A stretch of DNA of 63,753 nucleotides, counting the filler. It is 8 parts of 8 records of this genome, joined end to end, with 100 filler letters (N's around TTAATTAATTAA, not from the genome) between each part and the next. Parts side by side here need not be neighbours in the genome. Positions count along the whole stretch, not along the records: positions 1 to 6,268 come from SRR7504441_739; positions 6,369 to 9,666 come from SRR7504441_742; positions 9,767 to 21,374 come from SRR7504441_743; 5 more parts are not named here. The stretch is one strand, 5' to 3'. A model generated the notes under the pieces. It had not been told where the DNA came from. It did no database searches and was given only the letters and a program-made list of their open reading frames with translations. A program made the position numbers and the translations under genes. Positions 1-10,941 of the stretch are shown in pieces. Position 1 is the stretch's first letter, and each line of letters begins with the position of its first letter.

Positions 1-462
1 ATCGCAGTATTCCAGTATTTGCCCACTATGGATAGAACTTTAGGCTGTCACTTGGCGTATCGGGCCCATGCGTGTTGTGAGTAAGTGTAGTGCTTGTAGA
101 CTCGCGGCTCTAGCTAAGGTCGATCGGCTTTATTAAAGCGATCACAACGACCAGCCTAGAGCGTCTTGCTGGGGGAGGTCGCCGGACGTCTAGGCGTCTA
201 GGCCACTGAACTGAAGTAGGCTCAGGCGCTCACGTCATGATCAACGGACACCCCCTGGTCACCAGTCAATCCCAATTTTTCTCCCCAAACAATGCGCCCA
301 CAGTAGAGAGGCGCGACGGCGTACACTGCAGTGCAGCACCGGGACAAGTGATCAGCGTAGCCAGGGATTGACGCCACTCCCACCAGGGGAGACGCACCGC
401 GCTCTGCCGCAATGACGGCGGCTGTCGAGCTCTCGCTGGTGCACTGCTGAGCGCTGAACCAG

Positions 463-3089
463 ATGGAAGGCCAGAAAGTGTGGTCCGTCTACGAGGCGGC
501 GACAGGCGGCACGATCGAGCTGCCCGTCCCGGGCGAAGTGACTGTCGACGCGCTGCAGCACGCGCTGGCCGAGTCCACCGGCTGTCCAGTCAAGCAGCAG
601 GTCCTGATCAACGAGTCTGGGATCAATGTCCGTCCCGGCATGAGGCTCACCTCGCCGCGGCACGACTCGCCGATCTTCTTCTTCGACTTGCGGCTCATCA
701 CCTCGCCGTTCGCAGCGGGCAGCGGGTTCACCGAGCCGCCGATGCTTGTGGACCAGGCACCGTCGCCGACCAGCAGCGCGGAGGATAAGGCTGCCCAGAC
801 CAGCAGGGCGCTCCAAGTTCACGGGCAGCAGCTCGCGGACATGAGTCGCGCCAGCGTCGCTGCGCAATGCGTGATGGCACGCGCACTGCTCTCGGCGCGC
901 TGCAATCTAATGGTAGCACGCCCGCTCTAGTGCTGCGCTGTGCCCTGCTGTACCACTGTACCACGAGTTGCTCATCTGTGCGGCGGCCAGGGCCACGCCA
1001 CCTTCTTCTCCAAAAAGTTCCAGGTGACTGCCCCACACCGCACGGCCTTTGTGATCGACGTGCTGCTGAGCTCACACGTCGCTCTGTCGCAGGCGTTCAA
1101 CAAAGAGCTGAACAACGCCTTCAAGCACTACGACGGGATCCTAGCCTCGTGCGAAACCAGCATGGACGACCTCAAAAAGGTGCGGGCGCCAGCTCCGCCG
1201 GGCGACCTTTCTTACTGGTCGGAACGCAGATGCCGCTACCTTTGCAGCTGATGGGTGAGGAGTCAGCCGGTAACCCGCTCGAGGCTTCGATGAGTCAGTC
1301 CGCCTCGATCCAGAACATCCAGTCGATCCGGTCGTATGTCACCGGTGCGCTGCAGCAGCTCAAAGGTGCCCCAGGACCTCGCCGGGATCGCTGATCTGTG
1401 CGACAGGCCGGTTTGCAGAGTTGACCAGCAGCAACATGGAATGCAACGCACGGCTCGAGATAGAAATGGATATGTCCCAGCTAGAGGTGGGCAAGGGGGC
1501 GCACTTCACCAAGCTCGACGAGCTCTCCACCGAGATAGCCTCGCTGCACGCCGCGCAGAACAGCGCAGTAGGAAACAAGGCCCTGCTGGCTGGCATGTAT
1601 AGCACAGACGCCCGGCTGGTCACCGCGTGCCGGGCCGTGGCCAACTCGTATACCACCCTGCAGCAGGAAGCGCACGTGCGGATGCAGCATATCTGCAAGT
1701 TCCAGTCGCAGATTCAGAAAATGGCAAAGTCGATATCGGGATACCGAGACTCACTCCAGAGCCTGGAGCAGTACTTCGGAGAACTAGAGCATGTGCCTTT
1801 CATAGGGGCCGCCTTCGAGGCAGGACTCGCGGAAGTGCGGCGGCGAGGTAGCTTCCGGGACGCGTACGTGAGCAAAGCTAAGGAGTGCACGGATGGGATG
1901 AAGGAAATGGCCCAGGGTGAGGTGCAACTACGCAAGGCATTCGAGCAGACACACGGGCAGCACTTGCCGCCTGCGTTGATCCCGGGGCTGGCTGAGTACC
2001 CGCCGGTGATCGACATCGAGATCCCGCCGTTCGACACCGAGCTGCCGGACCTGGAGCCTGAATCTGGCATGCCTGGCTCGTGTTCGGAGCAGGCTCCGGA
2101 TCCAGGCTTTTACAGCCCCTCAAAGGAGCCGGAGGGCGTCGAGGGCAAGCTAGAGCTAGACGAAGTCAAGTCGCCAACTAGTGAGGTCAGGGAGCTTCGA
2201 CTGGCCTTGGAGACGGTGCGGTCGTGTTTTGTGTAGGGGTTAATGCAGTGGTAGGTGAGGCAGGAGCGGGATGTTGTCCAGCGGAGCATGTTAGAGGCAG
2301 AATGGAAGCTGAGCAATCACGAGGCGTTGGCCAAGTCGATGGACGAGATCAAGATGAACAACACTGATCTAGAGGCAACTCCCCGGCCTAACAGAGCGAC
2401 GGGCCTGAATGCTGCCCTGAGCATGCGGGTTGCAGCTACAACTTCAGGAGGTCAAGTCGTCATTAGGCCAAGCGATGACTGCCCTCGAAGCTCGGAACTC
2501 CGCTTTGAGCGAGGTGAGCGTCCCAAGCAGCCTGTTTTGATGCTCACTGGACGTTCAGGTAAGACAAATTGTCGGGCTTTCGACGAGCGTGCACAGCAAC
2601 TCCTCTAGTGACTGCAGCCTGGAGTCGACAAACGATGCAGCCCTGCTCGAAACGCTTCGCACCCATAAGGCTGCGACTGAAGAGGTAACACAGCTGACGC
2701 AGCAAAATTCAGAGCTGACCAAGCAATTGGAAACGGCTACTGCTGCGGCCTCTTCCCGTGTGGCACTCACAGAGGCCTCTCCAGGAGATCAATTGTGTTT
2801 CCTGCGAGTGAAGGGCTCGGAGCCTCCTGTGTATGAGGCCATTTTAGATGAAGGTGCGTACCTTGCTTGCCTATATTGACATGCTGTGCTTTCAGAGAGT
2901 GACACGCGCTGGTTTTTGGATCCTGACAGTGCGGCGCTGATGGCGGAGGGTAAGCCAAGGGTCTTGATAGGGACATTGGAGGAAGTCATGCCTCATGTTG
3001 CTGAGCCTGGTGGCGAAGCGCCATGTGCGCTTCCAGTGGGCACTGCGTACTGCTACGTCAAAGCCACAAAGCGCATGGCAATGCCATAG
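463..3089 (+). CDS. ATG11: Autophagy scaffold ATG11/RB1CC1(FIP200)-like protein, multi-exon
   Basis: N-terminal ubiquitin-like segment (…TVDALQHALAESTGCPVKQQVLI…), the ATG11-type motif EVRRR…EVQLRKAFEQTHGQHLPPALIPGLAEYPPVIDIEIPPFD, a coiled coil, and a C-terminal claw-like domain (RVALTEASPGDQLCF…WFLDPDS…LPVGTAYCYV). Introns at 913-990, 1024-1092, 1180-1247, 2216-2254, 2375-2435 (GC-AG) and others join the ORF pieces in frame. Confidence 0.85.
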
Positions 3090-3479
3090 CCGCCGGCTTA
3101 GGAAAGTCACCCGACGCCCGCACGCATGAATGATCATGACGGGACAAATTCAAAATACAATTGCAAGTTTACAAGTGTTATTCACGTTAACATACTATTA
3201 GCAGATTTCCCGGCCATATTGGTCAGGAGTAGGTCAGTAATTTGACACAATCGATTCTTCACTATACAGTTTGCCAACCTTTTTATTGCTATTTTATTGC
3301 TACGTTACTATGTAAACTTACTTGGTTGAGCACTAGTAGGTTGCTAGTAAACTACTAGTGAGCCATTGTTGTGTGCTTTTTTTTGCACACAACTCGTGGG
3401 CGGCGGCTCCGTCGAATTATGTGCAAGAGACGGGGCACGAGTTGCGTATTTACATGTCACCGTGAATGTACACGTCCGT

Positions 3480-5231
3480 TCAAGTACGGATTGCAGCAAA
3501 CTTCTCGGCGAGGTCTTGGATACTTTCGGCCATTTTGTCAAGTCGAGCATTCAGTTGCAGTTCCATCTCGTCAAGCCGAACAGAGTGTGGGTCAGCATCC
3601 TTTGCTGCACGTTGTGAAATCATCTGAGTCTCCTCACATGTGCCGATAGGCAGCCACCTGAAGCAAATGTCAGTCCGGCACCCGAATAACCCTGAAGAAC
3701 TGGATGAAATGACCTTCTGCCCTTATTAATTGTTATTCTACCCTTATTAATCAAGTGTACCGGAAACGATCTTCTGCCACTTCTCCCGCCACATAGGTGA
3801 CCATCCCGCTTCGAGTTGAGTATGTAGCGGTAGAATCAACATGTATCAAGTAATAGTATGCCAATGGGTTGTGGTCTCTAGTAATATGATCGTTGAATGC
3901 TCCCGGTTGGATTTGGTCAAGGTCAAACCTATCAGCTGAGCAAACCAGGCAGTACTGAGCCAGATCAGCCATCCGGCTGTCCCCCTTTCTGCGCATGGCG
4001 TTGAACGCGTCAACAATTTGACCCTGAATAACTGCACACAAAAGCAGTAATCAGGCGCTACGAAAGGAAATGCATTGCGAGTTTGAAACGCGTACAATGT
4101 TAGCACGGGGAGAAACTTACTGCCACGAAGAATGAAAGCCCAAAACACAAAGAAGGCGGTCAACATCCACCAGTGTAGCTGCTCCCGAGAGTCATCTTCA
4201 ATCTTGTCTGCATCGAATCGAACACCTTGCAACGAGAGCAAGTCGCCACGGATGCCGTTGTTGAATGTCTGGAATGTGCACTGGTATGCCGTTTATGTGC
4301 CAAATATTTGACAAGTACGAATGCTAGCATGGCCACCCTGGAGGGCGCAGATGTCTCTTCGTGTTGGAGATGTAGATCAACTTGGCCAGCGGCGGCACTG
4401 TAGTCTGTCGCAACTTTGCTGTAGTTCTGTTCAACTTCCAAGGGATTTGGGACGGTTTCTAGACTGTCGTCTGTTGTCGAATCGGTAGAAAAAGAACTCG
4501 GCTGCAATAACAAATATTCCAAAGCTGCTGTGCTCAACATCGAACCAACTTTAAACGGAATCGACTGCTTATTGACAGTATCGACAGAGGATAGTTGTGT
4601 GTGGAGCATTTGCGTTCTGAGAGCCAAACGGAAATGAGTCTGCTGGCAAGTACAGATCGTCCCGCAGCTTGTCGTTCATTTTAAATACATTAAAAAGATC
4701 CTTGAAGGCGCTGCGATGACGTTTAGGGACAGTGCCACTTTGATAAATCCTGAGCAACCCCATTTGTACACGATTGACGATGGAGCGATAGGTCTCATCC
4801 GACGTATCGGCATCAATGCGCTTGTAGATCCCAACCATTGCCGGCATCACTCCCTCATACACGTATGCTGCCATGTGATAATCCACGCTTCCAAGTGAGC
4901 TATCTGGTGTTGTAAGTGCCTGGGCAAACGAGAGCAGCATTGCAGCACCTATGGCTCTCCCAGCGACCTATCGTACTGCAGGTGTTGAACGCGAACGACT
5001 GCTTGGGGTAGATCTGAAAAATGGAACTCTTGACGTCGGTGGGCAAGAAGATCCCCTCATGCAGCTGCTCGCATGCCAGTGTGAACTCCAGGTTGCTGCC
5101 AAGCCCCGATCAGGTCAGAGCAGCCGGCTCCAGCACCCGCGGCCGAAGAGGAAGCCGCTCGAGTCGCTCGATATGACCACTTGGTCGCCATACCGCAGCG
5201 GCTCACGGGCCTGCACCCGGCCGCTCGGCAT
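3480..5231 (-). pseudogene. ITPR: Internally deleted IP3 receptor-like Ca2+ channel gene (remnant 1)
   Basis: ATG at 5231 begins an IP3R-like N-terminus (EPLRYGDQVVISSDSSGFLFGRG…SSIFQIYPKQSF). It is followed by central fragments, the pre-membrane motif PSRVAMLAFVLVKYLAHK, a pore helix (AYQCTFQTFNNGIRG), S6 (GIIQGQIVDAF), the C2H2 zinc site (CLVC…HITRDHNPLAY), WLP and a C-terminal coiled coil ending at TGA 3480. The total is about 1.75 kb, with at least three frameshifting junctions. Confidence 0.8.
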
Positions 5232-5515
5232 CGGGGCAGCTCGCCCGCCTGCAGCGGGCCTCCTTGCAGCGCGCAGCGGGTTGCCTGATGAAGCAAAAAC
5301 TTGGGAATCCTCGAGACCGTTTTCGTTCTACCGGTAGACTAGTGGACTGACAGGCCCACACAAGTACTTGTACGGCGATGCAACTTGAGTGACCGACTAG
5401 CGCAGCAGGTGAGACAATGCGCTCTGGTGAGTGCGGGCGTACCTATTGCTGACTCTGGTACTATGATCGAGCATAATTATTATTCAATCGTCTTAAATTA
5501 AAGCCGAAAGTGACC

Positions 5516-6268
5516 TCAACAATGGCTCAACACCTCGGAGCATAGACCTTCGATCTTGCACGCAATCTTCAGTCCAGATTTCTCCGCTCTAGTTTCACCA
5601 ATGTTAATAATCGCGATCGGGATACCCGCCTCATCCGCTGCCTTGGCCAGCCTGAAAGATGAGAGCACCTGGAGCGAGGTGCCAACAACCAGCAGCAGCT
5701 CAGCGCCCAGCACGGCAGCCTTGGCAGCCTCGGTCCTGTCTTTGGGCACATTGTCGCCAAAGAATACCACATCCGGCTTCCAGATCCCAGCCCCGCAGCT
5801 GTGGCACGATGGTACCACCACAGACCCGAAATCGGCGCCTTCGATATTGGCATCTCCGTCGGCCCGAAGCCGATCCTCGGTGGCGTGTTTCCAGTTCTCA
5901 GCGAGCCAGTCGCTGTTGAGCCCGCTCAGCTGCCGCTGGACCGAGGCTCGCGGCACCCGCGTGCCGCAGCTCATGCACACGCACACGTCATTCCTGCCGT
6001 GCAGGTCGGTCACCATGCGTGAGCCGGCCTGCTGGTGCAACCCGTCTACGTTCTGTGTGACCACAGCACCGAGCCGCCCCTCCCGCTCCATCGCCGCCAG
6101 GGCCATGTGCCCCTCGTTGGGCGCCGATCGGGCGAAATTCTCCCAGCCCACCATCGCCCGTGCCCAGTACCGCTGCCGTGCGAGCGGCTTGCGAAGGAAG
6201 TCCTGATGCATCACCGGCTTGTGCCCCTTGGAGTAGCTCCCCCCCGGAGACCTGTAGTCGGGAAGCCC
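5516..6268 (-). CDS. SIRT4: NAD-dependent sirtuin, class II (SIRT4-like); 5' end cut by linker
   Basis: Motifs GLPDYRSP, RQRYWAR, TQNVDGLHQQAGS, LHG…CMSC…CHSC, KPDVVFFGDNVP, VGTSLQVLSSFR, NIGETRA. Confidence 0.92.
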   Translation of the reverse strand, partial: GLPDYRSPGGSYSKGHKPVMHQDFLRKPLARQRYWARAMVGWENFARSAPNEGHMALAAMEREGRLGAVVTQNVDGLHQQAGSRMVTDLHGRNDVCVCMSCGTRVPRASVQRQLSGLNSDWLAENWKHATEDRLRADGDANIEGADFGSVVVPSCHSCGAGIWKPDVVFFGDNVPKDRTEAAKAAVLGAELLLVVGTSLQVLSSFRLAKAADEAGIPIAIINIGETRAEKSGLKIACKIEGLCSEVLSHC

Positions 6269-6368
6269 NNNNNNNNNNNNNNNNNNNNNNNNNNNNNNNN
6301 NNNNNNNNNNNNTTAATTAATTAANNNNNNNNNNNNNNNNNNNNNNNNNNNNNNNNNNNNNNNNNNNN
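6269..6368. other. Artificial contig linker
   Basis: 44 N + TTAATTAATTAA (stops in all six frames) + 44 N. Confidence 0.98.
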
Positions 6369-9300
6369 GCCGGGCTGGTGCTCTGCCGGCTGGTCGCTTG
6401 GATGTCGGACGGGTGTCACGGGGCGGACCACCTACTTGCTGCGGTTGCGAGCAGCCCCATCGCTGTCCGGCTCATCACCGACCTCGCCGAGGACGAGACA
6501 GCCGCTGGCACGATGGCCATCGCCTCCGCGGTCCGGCTGTGCAGCCTGGGTGCGCCAAATCTGGGTCGGGCGTGAGGTTGGACAGGTCCGGGATTTGCCC
6601 GAACGGTGGCAGTAGCTCGCTGCGGGGGTTCACTGCTCGCTGACTCGCCAGACGCCACGCGGTGCCTCCTGCTGCCTGGTGGACCCTCATGAGTCTGGCA
6701 GCTGTCGGCTGCAAGCCAGGCTACTAGAGCCGCTGTGCGCCGCTGGGGCGGTTGAAAGTCCAACCGCAGTTACCGCCGCCGCCAAACTGGCCATGCTCCC
6801 AGGGGCTGAGGCAGCGGCACTTGGTGCGGTAGCACAGCTCGCCCGTGGCTCGTCGCTCTCCGGGGGTGGGGCGGCTTTGGCAGCCGACACAGTGCTGAGC
6901 ACATACTTGTCGGCTCACGCGCCGCGGGGTGCGGTGGCGGAAGCGCTGCAGGGGCTCACCAACCGACGTTGCATCGCACAGCTCAGTGAGAAGCGGGAGA
7001 TGCTGGCCAGACTAACAGAGCTCGCAATGCAGCTGCTGGAGAGGCCAGCACTGCAAGGTTTGGGCGCCATGGACCAGTTGGCACTCTCTGCAGCCATCTC
7101 GGCCCTGGCAGTGCTCCTCTTTCGGTCGATGGCTGGCGCATCCGGGCGGGCTGCAGCTGATCTTATCGAGCTACCGCGAGCAGTGGCGGCCGTGACAGGG
7201 GCTGTGTCCGGAGCGGTTGAGCCTGCGGCTGTGATCGGGGCGGCGCGTTGTTTGGAGATCATTGCTGGGACTGGTCGTGTGGGTGGGGAGGCAGTCGCCT
7301 GCTCGGCTGCTCTCCCTGTGATAGTCGAGGCGTTGGGCTCCAGGTTGGCTGGCTGGGAACTGGAGTGGCAAGCAGCGAGGACACTCCGGGCGGTAGCTGC
7401 GAGTGGTGGGCGTTGGGCAGTGCTGCAGGCGGGCGGGTTAGAGCCGCTGCTTGCATGTATGGATCTGCCACTGCCTGAGGCTGAACATGCTGTGGTGGCG
7501 GCTGCAGAAGCGCTTGCAGTGCTCGTGCAGTCGGCAGAGGTCAAAACAGCGGTATGCGAGCTCCAGTCAGGTCGAATAGTGGAAACGGCGGTCGAAATGG
7601 TACGCCAACAAAGCAATCAGCTGCAATTGGGTGGGCTTCGACTACTTCGGCAGCTGTTATGGAGCCGACCAGCTGTCTCAAGCATTGCAACCTCACTGGG
7701 CGAATTCCAAGTGCCCGCCAAGCTGTTCAGACTCGCAATTAGCGATAGGACTGCTGTTGCTGGTGAGGCTGCGCTTGGCCAGGCCGCTGCCCTTGAGGTG
7801 CGTGACTTTGATCGGTTCAGCTGAGCTCTGCCAGGCTTACAGGCGGCATCCCGCACTACTGAGTTGGGAGTGTTCGCTAGAAGTTTCTCAGCTGAGGCTG
7901 ATGCTCCGCAGGGTGCGATGAGCTGTTTTACTGAGCCGTTGACCCGTCTATGGCAGGCCGGAAGCGACGGTGACCAGGGCTCAGTTGCAGCGCGTGCCGT
8001 CCTGCTTGCAGAAATTGTCCGGGCTGAGCCCGCTGTGGCGCTGTTGCTCGCTGCAGGGGGCTCGCCAGGCAGCTTATACAACCAACTGTCAGCAATGGCC
8101 GAGGGTTTACCCAGCCAGGTCCGGGGCACTGTGGGCGCTGTCGTGGCACGAGTGGCCTCAGGATCTGCGCCTGCCCGTCTCGAGCTTGCAATGCACCCAG
8201 CAGTAACCCCCTTGCTGTGTGCCCAGCCGCTCACTGGCCGCGCAGGCGTTGCAGCTGTTAGCGGAACTCGGCCGTTCGTCCTCAGAATCAGACAAACTCG
8301 AGGCAGTCTCTACTCTGCTGCTTGTGCTACAAGACAATGTGTGCCGATCTGAACTCGCCAACGCTCCGGAGGGAATCAAGATGCTGCTGGATCTGAGCTT
8401 GGCCGATGACGATTCGGTCCAGACTCTTGTAGCACTCGGGCTGCGGCGGCTTTGTGAGGACCCTGGTTGTGCAGTCAGGGCTGGCCAGTGCGGTGCTGTT
8501 GCTGGGCTGCTCAGATTGGCAGAATCTGACAACACTGAGTGCTCCAGAAACGCGGCAGCAGCGTTAGCAGGGCTTAGTGTGCACGCTTCAGACTACACGC
8601 AGCAAGTGATGATTGGGGCGGCAAAGCTGGCAAGAGGAGCTATGGCGGAGCGGCTTGTGCTGGCAGGTGGACTGCTTGAAGCGCTTGGTGCGGAGCCAGG
8701 GCATTGTGAGCTACTGGTTCGGGCTGGTATACTCGAGCCGTTGATTGTCATGGCAGAAAGCGGACTCGTGGCCGCCGAGCGGTATTTTCATCACAGTTAG
8801 CATCGTTTAGCTTATTTGTAGGTCGGCATTGCTGGTGATGGACAAGTTGATGCACTGTTATGCAGTACAAGAAGCAGTGAGTAAGCGCTCCGTACTGGTG
8901 GAGCTAGCTGCGCGCACAGTGCTGGGTGGAGCACGCGCGGGGCTGCGGGAAGCTGCGTGTCGGGTGTTGGCAACGCTGGCGGCAAATATGCAGTGCAGTG
9001 GAATGGAATCGGCAACAGCACGCTGGAAAATAGACTCAGTCGGAGATCGGCTTCGGTGAGCGCCACGTGATTAGTAGGCTAAACTGGCCGCAGGACGCTG
9101 TTTGGGGCACCCAGCGAATCTGGGTCAAAGGCTTTAGGCAGTGAATTAGGCAGTGAATTCAAACAATTGGCGATGGATCTATGGCATCGAGATGCTACTA
9201 CTGCTCTGCTCACAGAGCTAGCTACGAGGATGGGCGAACTAGCGGGAACTGTGGAGCTGGTGGAGGTAGACCAGGTGGCCGGAATGCATCTGCTTGTCGG

Positions 9301-9558
9301 GCTGCTCTCGAGGGCTTCGAGTGCTGAAGTCAAACTAAGTGCGGCTGAGGCACTCGGATCGCTTGCCGCACGAGCTCATCTAGCTCAGCAATTGACGCCG
9401 GAGATGGTGCAACAGGTGCGTATTGATGCTTTGAGGCTACTTTGAGCCGCCGTGACTTGTGACAGATTCAAGTTTGTGCGAGTTTGGGCAATAATGTGCT
9501 AAAGGAGCAGGTGGACAGATGCCTTGAGCTTGTGTCGGTTTGGGCGACATCTGATTAA
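6369..9558 (+). CDS. ARM/HEAT-repeat protein, multi-exon, 5' partial
   Basis: Repeated helical motifs (AGGLEPLLACM, CGAVAGLLRLAES…NAAAALAGLS, AGILEPLIVM). Short GT-AG introns (e.g. 7798-7842) link the ORFs; stop TAA at 9556-9558. Confidence 0.7.
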
Positions 9559-9666
9559 CACCACCACCCAATTATTAATTAACGCGCATTTGCTTATTGG
9601 TACTCGTATTTTTGTAACGTCCTGGCATCTTAAAATCAAGCTTGGCATTACGCTGTTACGACGTAA

Positions 9667-9766
9667 NNNNNNNNNNNNNNNNNNNNNNNNNNNNNNNNNN
9701 NNNNNNNNNNTTAATTAATTAANNNNNNNNNNNNNNNNNNNNNNNNNNNNNNNNNNNNNNNNNNNN
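9667..9766. other. Artificial contig linker
   Basis: 44 N + TTAATTAATTAA + 44 N. Confidence 0.98.
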
Positions 9767-10632
9767 GGAGGACAAGCCGAGCAAGAAGCCGGAGGAGACC
9801 CCGAGCAAGCGGCCGGCGCCCGAGATGCTGAGCAAGGCGTGGTGCCTGGCGCAGTTTGACGAGGCCGATCCTGAGAAGAGCGGGTTCATACCGAGGTGAG
9901 CAGCCGGCTGCGGCCGCTCAGACCGACTGCAGGACGGAGCTGGAGCGCACGTTCGCCTTGTACCAGACAGACCAACTCTGTGCGGCTTGGGGCGGCCGGG
10001 CTGCTCACGGGCCGGGCAGCCGGGGCGGACAAGGAGAAGCTGGAGCGTCTGACCAGCGGGATGAAGCAGTTTGAAGGGTTCATACTGGATAGAGACCAGT
10101 TTGAGGAGCTCTGCGACCAGTGCCTGAGGGTCACGCCGTCCAAGCCGGCCGGATCGCCCAAGCCCACGCGCTCGGGTGTGTTTGACATGGACGACGCAAT
10201 CGCCAAGGTCTCTGGAAGCTCGGACTCCAAGCCGGCCACCCCCAGGGCAAAGCCCGCAGCTGGTGGGTCAGCTGATCCGCGGCTGGCCGGTGAGCGTGCT
10301 GCAGCCAACCGAGGAGCGCAGGCCTCATCAGGAGTCAAGCGAGGAGCTCAGGCTGTGTTCAGCCAGCTGCAGCAGAAAGGCGACTCGTTTGTGTACAAGG
10401 TAGCTGCAAGCTGCGGGCGCGCCTGAGCTTGGCTAGCACGAGCTGCTCCGGAATCTGGCGAGGTACAAGTCGGACGAGCTGAGCAAGCAATCAGGCGCTG
10501 GGCTGGCTGGCAGTAGGCGAGCTGGTGGCAGATATAGATGCGATCACCGGGCTGATCGCCGACCTGCGCGGGGCTTCAAAGGACCCGGTAGTCGAGCTCA
10601 AAGAGTTTGAGAAGCTGCTCGCCCGGCTCTGA
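9767..10632 (+). CDS. EF-hand-containing protein, 5' partial, multi-exon
   Basis: FDEADPEKSGFIPRTELE EF-hand-like loop, further degenerate loops (ILDRDQFEEL, VVELKEFEKLL) and short introns. The last intron boundaries are ambiguous. Confidence 0.55.
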
Positions 10633-10941
10633 CAGTCTGCATGATTGCATGGAACGACGTATTGGTCTTGCATGAGCGCTCGACTAGCGCTCGACATCTA
10701 GCTCGGGACGAAATTTATACGAGTTCGTAGCTCTACTCTAGCTCTACTTCTTAAATGCGCACTAGTTAAATGCACACTAAGTTTAGATGCACATAAGTGA
10801 TAAAAGACACAAGTCATTGAGTCATAACAATCAGCTGACAGTCTGCGCAGAAGTCCCCTCAGGCTGTCCTGATCACCAAGACGGAAACCTGAGGTCCTCG
10901 AGTTGAGAGAGGGGAGCCACCACTCCTGGCACCGGACAGGG

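Noticed and set aside
1-350. Possible snRNA or other ncRNA (AATTTTT tract near 274)
   Set aside because: No recognisable snRNA, tRNA or rRNA motif. It looks like ordinary intergenic DNA.
3344-5000. AT-richer stretch considered as a viral or transposon insertion
   Set aside because: No transposase, integrase, capsid or terminal repeats are visible. The sequence is explained by IP3R fragments with host-type introns.
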